A stretch of DNA of 64,000 nt from Flavobacteriales bacterium (GCA_947447955.1 CANFLS010000012.1:2946-66945); one strand, 5' to 3'. Counted from the stretch's first letter, positions 1-9,982 are shown. A program made the numbers and translations. The notes: generated from the letters alone by a model not told the origin.

Positions 1-517
1 TATCACCAAAATCCCATTTCACATTGCTATTCACAGATCCATAATAATGTGACGAATCTTTGAAAATAAATTCATTCCCTCTTAAACAATTGGTATATTG
101 ATTAATTGACAATTTTATTCCAAGGACTACAACAGTTTTGGTTATTGAATTTGTACATCCGTTATCATCGATAATTGCGAGGGTAATATTGTACTTTCCC
201 GGTTTACTGAAAGTGGTCTTTGTGTTTTTCTTAACTGAAGTTACAGAATTGTAGGACCATGAATGATAAATATCTCCACCAGCGAAACTCGTGTAACTTT
301 TATTCGTTAGAATAAAGTTATTTCCTCTCAAACATTGTGTATCAGAATTAATTGTAAAATTCGCAATTGTTGAATCACAAGATGAATAATTGGTGTTATT
401 TTTTTTAAAAATATGAGAGGAAAAAACAGGAGATAATGAGCATGTAAATACAAGTAAAAAAGCCAACAATTTGCAGACTTTTGAGAAGTTATTTTTTAAT
501 ACAAAAGTGATTTTCAT
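1..517 (-). CDS. PKD-domain protein, N-terminal part (gene continues beyond window start)
   Basis: Own translation of the minus strand from ATG (complement of 515-517). It starts MKITFVLKNNFSKVCKLLAFLLVFTCS (signal-like). It is followed by repeated PKD-like segments (FTINSDTQCLRGNNFILTNKS..., NCLRGNEFIFKDSS..., WDFGD). It is absent from the ORF track, presumably because it is truncated. Confidence 0.5.
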   Translation of the reverse strand, partial: MKITFVLKNNFSKVCKLLAFLLVFTCSLSPVFSSHIFKKNNTNYSSCDSTIANFTINSDTQCLRGNNFILTNKSYTSFAGGDIYHSWSYNSVTSVKKNTKTTFSKPGKYNITLAIIDDNGCTNSITKTVVVLGIKLSINQYTNCLRGNEFIFKDSSHYYGSVNSNVKWDFGD

Positions 518-602
518 TCCAATTTAGAAATTGAATGACAATTTTACAAAAAAAAACCGAATATATTCGAGTTTTAGGTCAATAACTTGTTAAAAAAATG
601 TA

Positions 603-1658
603 ATGATTTTTACTAAAGATATAATTATGTTTGTAAGCTGCTACTTTATGCGAACTAATAAAAAGAACATTTCAAATTTATTCATTGTCGTTGTTTCGAT
701 TTTATACCCTTCAATTTCCAAAGGTCAAAATCCAATTTTTCGCCAAATGTACACCCAACGGTATCTTACCAATCCTGCATTGGTAGGAAATGGATCTATT
801 GATGGTATTGGAATTGGAAGAATTTCATCAGGAATAAAAGCCCAATGGATGAGTTTGGAAAGCAGATTATACACACAGTCACTTTCATATGATGCCCCTA
901 TAAAGGGAAACAATTCTAGTTGGGGAATTGGCGCATTTATGACCGACTTAAACTCGGGTTCCGTTGAACAATCAAAGTACTCACATTTTTCGGGAACATT
1001 AACTTACGCCTACAATATCCCTCTAAAAAAATTAAATATTAAATTTGGACTTTCTGCTCAATTTTCTTCAATTACTTTCGGAAGGAATAATTTCATGTGG
1101 GAAGACCAAATTAACGAAAGCATGACAGGGTTTTTAAAGCCAACCCAAGAACCATTGAGTCAATTAACCAAAAATGTAGTTCATGCATCAGCTGGTGCTT
1201 TAATTTATGGTAAAAAAGGTTTTTTTGGGCTTGCTGTACACAACGTAAACGAACCTAATATTTCATTTTTCTCCAACCAAAATCAAACCATTGAAAGGAA
1301 ATTTTTAGTTCATGGGGGACTTGTGTTCGATAAAATATTCAATCACGCGGTTATAACTCCCAATTTTGCATATTCAAAGCAAGGAGATGTACAATCTGCA
1401 CTATTTTCTACCAATGTAAAGTTAGACAACTTACAACTGGGATTAGGAACTCAAAATGTGCGTGCTTTTGGCAATTCAGCATGGTCTGTAACAAACTATG
1501 TTGGTTATAGATACGACAAATATTTCATTGGATATAGCACCGATTGGAACCTAAGTTTTAACTTTGGTTCAATACCTGTAATTCACGAATTTTCAGTGCT
1601 TATTTTATTGAATAAAAAAGAAAAGAAAGCGATTCAAAATCCCTTTCCAGAAATGTAA
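603..1658 (+). CDS. T9SS membrane protein PorP/SprF family (probable true start ATG at 648, MRTNKK...)
   Basis: Signal peptide followed by QNPIFRQMYTQRYLTNPALVGN, which matches the PorP/SprF N-terminal signature (Q.P.FSQY...NPA.AG). Length about 335 aa. Confidence 0.7.
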   Translation: MIFTKDIIMFVSCYFMRTNKKNISNLFIVVVSILYPSISKGQNPIFRQMYTQRYLTNPALVGNGSIDGIGIGRISSGIKAQWMSLESRLYTQSLSYDAPIKGNNSSWGIGAFMTDLNSGSVEQSKYSHFSGTLTYAYNIPLKKLNIKFGLSAQFSSITFGRNNFMWEDQINESMTGFLKPTQEPLSQLTKNVVHASAGALIYGKKGFFGLAVHNVNEPNISFFSNQNQTIERKFLVHGGLVFDKIFNHAVITPNFAYSKQGDVQSALFSTNVKLDNLQLGLGTQNVRAFGNSAWSVTNYVGYRYDKYFIGYSTDWNLSFNFGSIPVIHEFSVLILLNKKEKKAIQNPFPEM

Positions 1659-1659
1659 T

Positions 1660-2760
1660 TTACATTTTTCCTAAATTAATCGATAATCCAACTCCCAAGA
1701 CTTCCATGAATTGAATTCTTGGACCTTTTCTACCGCTTCCGTCCTCAATAATGACATCATCGTCATACTTAACGTTAAGTGTAATTGTGGTTGAAATATA
1801 TTCATTCAATGTAAGTGTAATATCATTTTGAATATTTACATCTACTCGGGTTGGATTTCTAAGATAATTATTAAAAAATTCGAATGTTGATCGAATTGCC
1901 ACATTTTTTATCACCCTAGGTTCATTGAACTGAACTTTTACATATCCACCCATCTCCGACATTGTTTTGGCTGCGTCTTTAATTTCACCTGTTACAGGAT
2001 CGGTTTCCGCTGGAGGAATTCCCCCAACACCTAAATTGGCCAATTTTTGATCACGAACAAATATGTTTTTACTTGATAAAGGACCAATGAATGCACTTAA
2101 TTTTGGACTCGGATTAAAGTCAATTCCAATAGAAGAAATGAATGTAGCCGGAGCAAAGAAATTAGAAGCAGGTATGCCTAAAATTTGGTCATCAATTGAG
2201 TTATAACCGGCTTGAAATTGGGTTGAACAAGAGGTAATTATTGTATAAAACCAGCTTTTTCTGGCTTTCAATCCCAATTTGGTTGAAAACGATACCCTAT
2301 CGTCGTTTTTATACCAGTTTGTGGTATTTCCTTGCAATGACAAACCATAGTTCATGTCCAACACACTTTGCCAACTGATGGTTTGGTTTGTAAAACCTAA
2401 ATTCAAATTCAACCCGGTTGTTATTGAAATTGAATTAATACCTCCTTGCTGCCAATTTGAAAATTGACTTTGATTTGTAGCAATTGTAGAAGTACCAAAA
2501 AACGACCACAAACCAGTTGTGTCTCTGTTTCTCACTTTCTTTGGAGTAACCAGTGGTTCGATTATTGACTTACTATCTGCTTGAACAATAGTGCTATCCG
2601 CTTTAACAATAGTGCTATCGGCTTGAGCAATGGTACTATCGGTTTGAGCAATAGCTGACAGAGAAATCATCAATGTGAAACAAACAAGAATAAATTTGGG
2701 TAATTTTTTAAGAATCATAAATAATTGTACAACATTATTGCTAAAATTACACAAATACAA
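1660..2760 (-). CDS. Bacteroidetes outer-membrane protein, DUF3078-like (probable start at 2718, MILKKLPKF...)
   Basis: Signal peptide. An N-terminal (ADSTIVQ)x4 heptad repeat. The remainder is rich in W/G/N beta-barrel-like segments (SQFSNWQQGGINSISITTGLNLN). Confidence 0.4.
   Translation of the reverse strand: MYLCNFSNNVVQLFMILKKLPKFILVCFTLMISLSAIAQTDSTIAQADSTIVKADSTIVQADSKSIIEPLVTPKKVRNRDTTGLWSFFGTSTIATNQSQFSNWQQGGINSISITTGLNLNLGFTNQTISWQSVLDMNYGLSLQGNTTNWYKNDDRVSFSTKLGLKARKSWFYTIITSCSTQFQAGYNSIDDQILGIPASNFFAPATFISSIGIDFNPSPKLSAFIGPLSSKNIFVRDQKLANLGVGGIPPAETDPVTGEIKDAAKTMSEMGGYVKVQFNEPRVIKNVAIRSTFEFFNNYLRNPTRVDVNIQNDITLTLNEYISTTITLNVKYDDDVIIEDGSGRKGPRIQFMEVLGVGLSINLGKM
2578..2661 (-). repeat. 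In-frame 21-bp tandem repeat x4 inside the preceding CDS (encodes DSTIAQA/DSTIVKA/DSTIVQA heptads)
   Basis: ctatctgcttgaacaatagtg / ctatccgctttaacaatagtg / ctatcggcttgagcaatggta / ctatcggtttgagcaatagct seen directly on the plus strand. Confidence 0.8.
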
Positions 2761-2909
2761 ACATTTGTCGAAGCTTTTGAGATTAATTATTCATAACCCA
2801 AAACCAAAGAAATTTCAAACAGCCGCACATTTATGATCCCAAAACTAAAAAGATCAAGAAAATCAAGCGCATCGAAGAACGCGATCCAGTCGATTAATTA
2901 ACTACAAAG

Positions 2910-3254
2910 TTAAAAATTCAATTTCACCGTGTATTGCAAATGCATAATAAATGCAATTAAACTCAGCGATATATTGATGATTGCCAAAATGATATATACC
3001 CAATTGATATCACTTTTTAATGATTCTATACAAATTAAAATGAATCCAAAGAACAAGAACATCGATCCTGCATAAAAATCAAACCATAGGCCGTAAACTG
3101 CCAAAACCCATGTAATTACATAGATAATCCAAATTCTGCTAGATTTTATTTTTCTAAAATGCTCCTTTTTCCATTTTAACTGCTGCCCAATGACAATGAA
3201 TGCAATGGCAAACGACAACAATATCGAAAGGACTATAAACAACCCATAATGCAA
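2910..3254 (-). CDS. small hypothetical membrane protein (4 predicted TM helices)
   Basis: ORF of 114 aa with four long hydrophobic stretches. No recognisable motif. Confidence 0.4.
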   Translation of the reverse strand: MHYGLFIVLSILLSFAIAFIVIGQQLKWKKEHFRKIKSSRIWIIYVITWVLAVYGLWFDFYAGSMFLFFGFILICIESLKSDINWVYIILAIINISLSLIAFIMHLQYTVKLNF

Positions 3255-3445
3255 CAGTTCTTTTTTCTCCCAAATTGTTATTGTAATTGTAAAAAATACA
3301 GAAAGTTGAAAAAAATTAGGTTCGAAAAAAAATCCCTACACCCCTTCTGTTTAACATTTACACACAATTTATTCCATTCACTTAATTTTTTTTGGAAGTT
3401 TCATAACTTTACCTTATTGTTGAAATTACATAAACTTAATTTCAT

Positions 3446-6355
3446 ATGATTCAAACAAATACAAAGACATTTTACACTCTTTTGTTTATGGCTTCTTTGG
3501 TATTTGCTCCCGCCGCTGCTCAAGCACAGGTTGCCGATTCCGATTCAATTGATGCCATCGATGAAGTTGTTGTAGTCGGCTACGGTACACAAAAGAAAAG
3601 CAATGTTACCGGTGCCATTTCACAAGTGAAATCAAAAGATTTACAAGATCTACCCCTCACCCGTGTGGAACAAGCCCTGCAAGGTAGAACCTCCGGTGTG
3701 CAAATTTTGCAAAATTCAGGACAACCTGGATCCAGCTCAGTTGTTCGCATTAGAGGTACTGCCTCAATCAACGGCTCCAACCCACTCTATGTTGTAGATG
3801 GAGTTGTCATTACTGGAGGTATCGATTACCTGAATCCAAACGATATTGAAACCATTGAAGTGCTAAAAGATGCCGCTTCGGCCGCTATCTACGGAGCACG
3901 TGGTGCCAATGGTGTAATTATTGTAACCACCAAATCTGGTAAAAAAGGAGCAATGAAAGTGAATGTTTCTATGTATAGAGGTACTCAAAATCCTTGGAAA
4001 ACACTTCCCGTATTAAACGCTACCGAATACGCTACCTTGCAAAATGAAATGGCTGCCGCCGCTGGTCAAGCTCCCAAATTTGCAGATCCACGCTCTTTAG
4101 GACAAGGAACAGATTGGCAAAGCAAAGTGTTTAATCCAAGTGCGCCAATGAGCAATCTTGAGATCAACCTTTCTGGAAGTACCGACAAAATCCAATACTA
4201 TGCCTCTGTTTCTAAATACGACCAAGAAGGAATAGTTGCGGCTGGAAAATCGAACTATAACAGATTGACCGCACGTTTAAATACAACCATTCAAGCAACC
4301 AACAAACTAAAAATTGGATGGAATGCTGCCTACACAAATGTTCAAAGCATGAGTGTTGCTGAAAATACTGAGTTTGGATCTCCATTGGGACGTGCTCTCA
4401 ACATTGACCCTCTTACCCCACTTTATGAAACCAATCCATTGTTGCTTTCTCAAAACCCATATTCAATTGCAGGTGCGTTGAGGAAAAATTTGATGCGCGA
4501 TGCTGGCGGTATTTATGGAATTTCTTCTATTGTAACCTCTGAAATTGTGAATCCAGTTGCAGCGTTAATGACAGAAAATAACACCGGTTGGAGCGATAAG
4601 ATTGTGAACAATACCTATGCAGAATTCGAAATCTTAAAGGGTTTAAAATTCAAAAGCAGCATCGGTACTGATTTGGCATTTTATGGTGGTTACGGTTTCC
4701 GTCCCTCATATTACTTAAACGCCACAAATTTCTTGGATACGAATTTGGTTTATCAAAACTTTAATCGGGCGTTAACTTGGATTTGGGATAACTCGATCTC
4801 ATATTCTACCAAAATCAAAAAACACAACATCGATATTGTTGCAGGACATTCAGCACAAGAAACTACGGGTACATTTATTGGTGGATCAAAACGCGATGTA
4901 CCATCTCAAAATCCAGACGATGCAACCATCAACTATGCCCGAAATACAAACAGCAGGGATGTTTATGGAGGGAAATGGGAACGTTATGCCATTGAATCAT
5001 ACTTTTCAAGAGTCAATTACAACTTTAACGGCAAATATTTGCTTACCGCCATTTTAAGGGCTGATGCATCTTCGAGATTTGGTTCTAATTACCGTTGGGG
5101 TTATTTTCCTTCAATTTCTGGGGGATGGAATATGCATGAGGAATCTTTTTGGAAGTCAAACAAATACATTCAAACTTTGAAACTAAAAAGCGGTTGGGGA
5201 ATGAGTGGAAATGATGCCGCTGGTTCACTTGAATATGCTGCAACCATTTCTGGAGGAAGAAGTTACACGTTTGGCAGTGGCGAAACACTAACCAACGGAA
5301 CTTCTCCTACCCAAGTTGCCAACCCCGATTTGCATTGGGAAACGGTAACCCAATCGAATTTTGGTTTTGAAAGCCGCATTTTCAAAAATATCAATGTAGG
5401 AATCGATATTTACCAAAAGAACACCACAGGAATGATGAGCAGACCTGTTTTGCCTGATTACATTGGCAACGATGCCCCAACTTCAAATGTGGGCACAATG
5501 GTAAACAAAGGAGTTGATATTGAAGCCAACTACAGCAAAGTGCTTAAAAACGGACTTGCTATCAACGTGGGTGGCAATATTTCATTTGTAAACAATGAAG
5601 TAACTTTAATTGGTAACAAAACTGGATTTTTAAGCGGTGCCAAATGGGGTCCACAGAGTTTAGAAATTTCTAGAATTTCTGAAGGACAAGCAATTGGACA
5701 TTTCTACGGATATAAAACGGATGGAATTTTCCAAACTTTAGATGAAGTTAACAATTACAAAAGTGCCGATGGCAAAGTCATCCAAAAAGATGCGGTTGCC
5801 GGTGATTTGAAATTTGTAGATGTAAACAATGACGGTGTAATTGATGAAAAAGACAGAACTGTAATTGGAAATCCAACACCAAAGTTTGTTTATGGTGTAA
5901 ACATTTCTTTGAAATTCAAAGGTTTCGACTTGATGATTTTTGGTCAAGGCATGGAAGGAAATGACATTTACAATGCAACCAGAAGATATGATTTACCAAA
6001 TGCAAATATGAATGCCGCTGCCATCGACAGATGGACCGGTGCGGGTAGCACAAATCAATATCCAAGATTGACATTGCAAGACAACAACAATAACTTCGCC
6101 AGAAGTTCTGACTTCTACGTAGAAGATGGAAGCTTTTTTAGAATCAAAAATTTCCAAATTGGCTACAGAATTCCAGACAAAATATTAAAGAAACTGAATA
6201 TCGCTGGAATGCGTATCTACTATTCTGGTAGCAATTTATTGACCTTTACCAAATATTCTGGATTTGATCCAGAAATTGGAAATGGTTACGGTATAGACAG
6301 GGGTATTTATCCTCAAGCAAGAATGAATTCACTAGGTTTAAGTTTAAATTTTTAA
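3446..6355 (+). CDS. SusC/RagA-family TonB-dependent outer-membrane transporter
   Basis: Signal peptide, then the TonB-plug region EVVVVGYGTQKKSNVTGAISQV...RTSGVQI...RIRG...PLYVVDG..IETIEVLKDAASAAIYGARGANGVIIVTTK. A 969-aa barrel ending in F. Confidence 0.9.
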   Translation: MIQTNTKTFYTLLFMASLVFAPAAAQAQVADSDSIDAIDEVVVVGYGTQKKSNVTGAISQVKSKDLQDLPLTRVEQALQGRTSGVQILQNSGQPGSSSVVRIRGTASINGSNPLYVVDGVVITGGIDYLNPNDIETIEVLKDAASAAIYGARGANGVIIVTTKSGKKGAMKVNVSMYRGTQNPWKTLPVLNATEYATLQNEMAAAAGQAPKFADPRSLGQGTDWQSKVFNPSAPMSNLEINLSGSTDKIQYYASVSKYDQEGIVAAGKSNYNRLTARLNTTIQATNKLKIGWNAAYTNVQSMSVAENTEFGSPLGRALNIDPLTPLYETNPLLLSQNPYSIAGALRKNLMRDAGGIYGISSIVTSEIVNPVAALMTENNTGWSDKIVNNTYAEFEILKGLKFKSSIGTDLAFYGGYGFRPSYYLNATNFLDTNLVYQNFNRALTWIWDNSISYSTKIKKHNIDIVAGHSAQETTGTFIGGSKRDVPSQNPDDATINYARNTNSRDVYGGKWERYAIESYFSRVNYNFNGKYLLTAILRADASSRFGSNYRWGYFPSISGGWNMHEESFWKSNKYIQTLKLKSGWGMSGNDAAGSLEYAATISGGRSYTFGSGETLTNGTSPTQVANPDLHWETVTQSNFGFESRIFKNINVGIDIYQKNTTGMMSRPVLPDYIGNDAPTSNVGTMVNKGVDIEANYSKVLKNGLAINVGGNISFVNNEVTLIGNKTGFLSGAKWGPQSLEISRISEGQAIGHFYGYKTDGIFQTLDEVNNYKSADGKVIQKDAVAGDLKFVDVNNDGVIDEKDRTVIGNPTPKFVYGVNISLKFKGFDLMIFGQGMEGNDIYNATRRYDLPNANMNAAAIDRWTGAGSTNQYPRLTLQDNNNNFARSSDFYVEDGSFFRIKNFQIGYRIPDKILKKLNIAGMRIYYSGSNLLTFTKYSGFDPEIGNGYGIDRGIYPQARMNSLGLSLNF

Positions 6356-6359
6356 GGTT

Positions 6360-7874
6360 ATGAAAAGTGTTAAAAATATTTTCAAATTCACATTATTAAG
6401 CGTTGTTTTTTGCATTCCCTTTGGATGTAAAAAAGAATTTCTAGACGTTAAGCCAGTGGCTAGAGAACTAGAAATCAATTATTATAGAAATGAGGCTCAA
6501 GCTTTTGAGGCTTTGGTGAGCGTTTACGACGCACTTCAGTGGAACGACCAAGGTGGTTTCACCATGTTTAGATTGTTATTGAACGTTGCATCCGACGAAT
6601 GTTTGGCAGGTGGCAGCGATGCTTCTGACCAACCAAGTTGGGTTGCTTGGGATCAGTTCAAAACAAGTCCTAGCCTTGGCCCACAAGTTGGATTCTGGAG
6701 AAAGAATTACAAAGGCATATACAGAGCCAACTTATTCTTAGAGAAAATCAATCAAATTGCCGATGCTTCTCCTGAATTCAAAGCAAGAACAAGTGCCGAA
6801 GCAAAGTTTTTAAGGGCTAAATTCTATTTGGACTTGGTACAACTATTTGGACGTGTTCCTTTGATTACAAAGACCTTAAATCCCTCAGAATATTACACAA
6901 TCAAACAGGAAACACCAGAAGTAGTTTTCAATCAAATTGAAAAGGACTTATTGGAAGCAATTCCAGATTTGCCATTGGCAAATACGCTGCCTGCTCAAGA
7001 ATTGGGAAGGGTAACCAAAGGTGCTGCACAAGCATTGTTGGCAAGGGGTTATTTATATATGAATATGCAAGACAAAATGGATGATGTTGCTACTTTGTGT
7101 GAAGACATTATCAATTCTAATGCCTACGATTTAGAGAAAAACTATGGCGACATTTTTAAAACCTCAGGGGAGTTTGGAACTGAATCCGTGTTTGAAATTG
7201 CATATAGTGAAAATTCTAGATCTGATTGGGGTTCATTTGGATCTGGTTGGGGCGAAGGAAACGTTTCTGTACAGTTTGTAGGAATGCGCGATTTTAGCGG
7301 TGCTAAATTTGCACCAGGATGGGGTTTCTGCCCAGTAAGTAAAAGTTTGGCTGATGCGTTGCGCGGAGATCCAAGATTTGTTCATACCATTATTGAAGCC
7401 GATACGATGAAAGGGGCAACCTATTCTAAAGGGTATCAAAATACAGGTTTCTTTATTCGCAAATACGCTCCGTTAATTGAAAACAAATCGAAAGATGGTG
7501 AACCTGCTTTAAACTGGGGCAATAACATCCGCGAAATTCGTTTTGCAGATGTTTTGTTGATGGCTGCCGAAGGGTTGGCTAGAAGCAGCGGAAACATGAG
7601 CAATGCGCAAAGCTATGTAAACAGAGTAAGAGCGAGGGTTGGATTAGCTCCAATTAGCAGTTCTGGTAATCTTTTATTGTTGGATATTTACAAAGAAAGA
7701 CAATTGGAATTGGCTACTGAAGGACATAGATTTTTTGATTTGATCAGAACAGATCAGGCTTCAAGTGTGTTGGGCGCATTTGGTTTTATCAAAGGAACCC
7801 ATGAGTACCTTCCTATTCCACAAAATGAAATTGACGCAAGCCAAGGTGCACTAAAACAAAACAATGGTTATTAA
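6360..7874 (+). CDS. SusD/RagB-family nutrient-binding outer-membrane lipoprotein
   Basis: Lies 4 bp downstream of SusC. Lipoprotein signal (…FCIPFGCKK). About 500 aa with SusD-like TPR-rich composition. Confidence 0.85.
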   Translation: MKSVKNIFKFTLLSVVFCIPFGCKKEFLDVKPVARELEINYYRNEAQAFEALVSVYDALQWNDQGGFTMFRLLLNVASDECLAGGSDASDQPSWVAWDQFKTSPSLGPQVGFWRKNYKGIYRANLFLEKINQIADASPEFKARTSAEAKFLRAKFYLDLVQLFGRVPLITKTLNPSEYYTIKQETPEVVFNQIEKDLLEAIPDLPLANTLPAQELGRVTKGAAQALLARGYLYMNMQDKMDDVATLCEDIINSNAYDLEKNYGDIFKTSGEFGTESVFEIAYSENSRSDWGSFGSGWGEGNVSVQFVGMRDFSGAKFAPGWGFCPVSKSLADALRGDPRFVHTIIEADTMKGATYSKGYQNTGFFIRKYAPLIENKSKDGEPALNWGNNIREIRFADVLLMAAEGLARSSGNMSNAQSYVNRVRARVGLAPISSSGNLLLLDIYKERQLELATEGHRFFDLIRTDQASSVLGAFGFIKGTHEYLPIPQNEIDASQGALKQNNGY

Positions 7875-7892
7875 TAATTTAAAATAATTTTT

Positions 7893-8768
7893 ATGAAAAA
7901 TATACAAAAAATAACAATTGGGCTTTTCTGTACAATCATGATTATTTTTTCATGCAAAAACGACAGGCCTTCATTAAATAATTTGCCAAAGGCAGCATTT
8001 GATATTGAATTTATTGATTCAAACAATGTAAAGTTCATAAGTAAGTCAACTGAAAATCCATTTTTATTCAATTGGACCGTTGTGAATCTTGGTACATTTA
8101 AAGGGAATGGCGTAGTTGCCAATATTCCTAACAAAGGAAAATATCAAGTAATTCTTACTGTTTATTCTCAGGGGGGAAGTGATACCCTTTCGAAATTTTT
8201 CGAAATTACAAAAAATGAGAAACCCGCTTGTACCCCAGAAATGGAGTTTTTGACGGATTGCAGTTCAAGAACATGGACATTGGCTAAAAAGCCAGGTGCA
8301 TTGTGGGTTGGACCAGTAAACGCAAGTACAACTTGGTGGGCCATTGATGCTGCTGGCGTTACAACCAGATCATGTGCCTTTAACGATGAATGGACATTCA
8401 ACGCAGATGGTACAGTTGATTACGACTGCAAAGGAGATTTGTGGGGGGAAGCGGCAACAGGATTTAAACCCGACGGTTGTTATCCAGAATCGGACTTAAC
8501 TGCCGATACCAAATTTTGGGGAAGTGGTAAACACCAATTTATGTTAACTGGAGGTACCGGAACTGATCCTTTAATTTTAAAAATGATTGGAAAGGGTGCA
8601 TTCATTGGTTTACAAAAAGTAGCAAATGGAAAAGAAGTAAGCACTCCTCAAATGGGTGTTGATTACAAAGTACTCTCACAGACAAAAACTGCAACCGACC
8701 GTTTTACAGAGGTAGAAGTAAACTTTGGTGCCGGTATTTGGAGATTTACGCTAACTTCGCCTGAATGA
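7893..8768 (+). CDS. PKD-domain surface lipoprotein, putative laminarin/beta-glucan binding protein (SGBP-like)
   Basis: Lipobox (IIFSCKND). An N-terminal PKD-like segment (NWTVVNLGTFKGNGVVANIPNKGKYQVILTVYS). It sits between SusD and GH16, as in laminarin PULs. Confidence 0.55.
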   Translation: MKNIQKITIGLFCTIMIIFSCKNDRPSLNNLPKAAFDIEFIDSNNVKFISKSTENPFLFNWTVVNLGTFKGNGVVANIPNKGKYQVILTVYSQGGSDTLSKFFEITKNEKPACTPEMEFLTDCSSRTWTLAKKPGALWVGPVNASTTWWAIDAAGVTTRSCAFNDEWTFNADGTVDYDCKGDLWGEAATGFKPDGCYPESDLTADTKFWGSGKHQFMLTGGTGTDPLILKMIGKGAFIGLQKVANGKEVSTPQMGVDYKVLSQTKTATDRFTEVEVNFGAGIWRFTLTSPE

Positions 8769-9925
8769 TAAAATTCTTTTCAGGTATTTCGTTTCTATGC
8801 TGTTTTATCCTATTTTCTTGCAAGGACAATGTTGTTACGCCTAGTTTATTGGTGAGGGACATTACAGTTCAAGAAAACAACGATAGCCAAACAATAAACG
8901 TGGTGGTTTCATTGAGCGAAACTTGTGAGCGTGATGTGAAATTCCATTTTTCAACCATGGCCAACTCTGCCACCAAAGGAATAGACTTTCGTGACAAACA
9001 GGGAGATATTACCATTGCTGCGGGAAATAAAACGGCTTCGTTTTCTTTGCAAGTTTTGGGGGACACAATCGTAGAAACTGAGGAGTCATTTTGGATATCT
9101 TATAACCAACCCAATGGATTGAATATTCCAACACCTTATGCCACGGTTAAAATCACCAACGACGATGCCGATGCGATTTCGTTTGTCGATGGATACAATA
9201 CGCCAAAAGTAAGAAAAGGATATAGCCTTGTATGGGCCGATGAATTCGATGGCAATTCCTTAAATTTAAACAACTGGGGTTTCGATATTGGAAATTCGGG
9301 TTGGGGCAACAATGAGTTGGAATACTACCAAGATGGCAATAAAAACGTAACCGTTGCCAATGGAACGTTAACAATTACTGCGAAAAAAGAAAAAGTTCAA
9401 AGTGCCAATTACACTTCGGCAAGGATAAAAACCCAAGGTAAAAAATCTTTCACGTTTGGAAGGATTGATATCCGTGCCAAACTGATGACAGGTCAAGGAT
9501 ATTGGCCAGCACTTTGGATGTTAGGTGAAAGCATTTCATCAATTGGATGGCCCGCTTGCGGTGAAATCGACATTATGGAATTGGTAGGTAGCAAACCCAA
9601 CGTAGTGCTAGGAACAGCGCATTGGGGTTTACCAGGAAATGGGTCTACCTATATTACTCGAAACTATACATTGAATGGCACAGATTTCAGCAAAGAATAC
9701 CATGTGTTTTCAATTGTTTGGGTTAAAGATCAAATCCAATGGTATGTAGATGATCAATTATACCATACCATTACCAAAAACGATGTCAATGTAACCTATC
9801 CGTTCAACTCACCTCATTTCTTCATTTTCAATGTTGCAGTGGGTGGGAATTTGCCGGGTAATCCAGATGTAAATACTGTTTTCCCCAAATCGATGGTGGT
9901 TGATTACGTGAGGGTATTTCAATAA
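8765..9925 (+). CDS. GH16 endo-beta-1,3-glucanase (laminarinase) with N-terminal Calx-beta-like domain
   Basis: ATGA overlap with the upstream gene. Lipobox (LFSCKDN). Calx-beta-like ITNDD segment. GH16 catalytic motif E-I-D-I-M-E (WPACGEIDIMELVG) plus WGNNELEYY. Confidence 0.85.
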   Translation: MIKFFSGISFLCCFILFSCKDNVVTPSLLVRDITVQENNDSQTINVVVSLSETCERDVKFHFSTMANSATKGIDFRDKQGDITIAAGNKTASFSLQVLGDTIVETEESFWISYNQPNGLNIPTPYATVKITNDDADAISFVDGYNTPKVRKGYSLVWADEFDGNSLNLNNWGFDIGNSGWGNNELEYYQDGNKNVTVANGTLTITAKKEKVQSANYTSARIKTQGKKSFTFGRIDIRAKLMTGQGYWPALWMLGESISSIGWPACGEIDIMELVGSKPNVVLGTAHWGLPGNGSTYITRNYTLNGTDFSKEYHVFSIVWVKDQIQWYVDDQLYHTITKNDVNVTYPFNSPHFFIFNVAVGGNLPGNPDVNTVFPKSMVVDYVRVFQ

Positions 9926-9956
9926 TTAAATAAGTATTTAATAAGATCTTCTAAAA

Positions 9957-9978
9957 AGCAGCTGAACTATTCAGCTGC
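9957..9978 (+). terminator. Rho-independent terminator after GH16
   Basis: aaaaagcagctgaactattcagctgcttttttg: a 10-bp perfect stem (agcagctgaa / ttcagctgct) followed by a T-run. Confidence 0.65.
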
Positions 9979-9982
9979 TTTT

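Noticed and set aside
3249-3449. 66-aa plus-strand ORF upstream of SusC
   Set aside because: It lies in the SusC promoter/leader region, has Lys/Phe-rich low-complexity sequence, and has no support.
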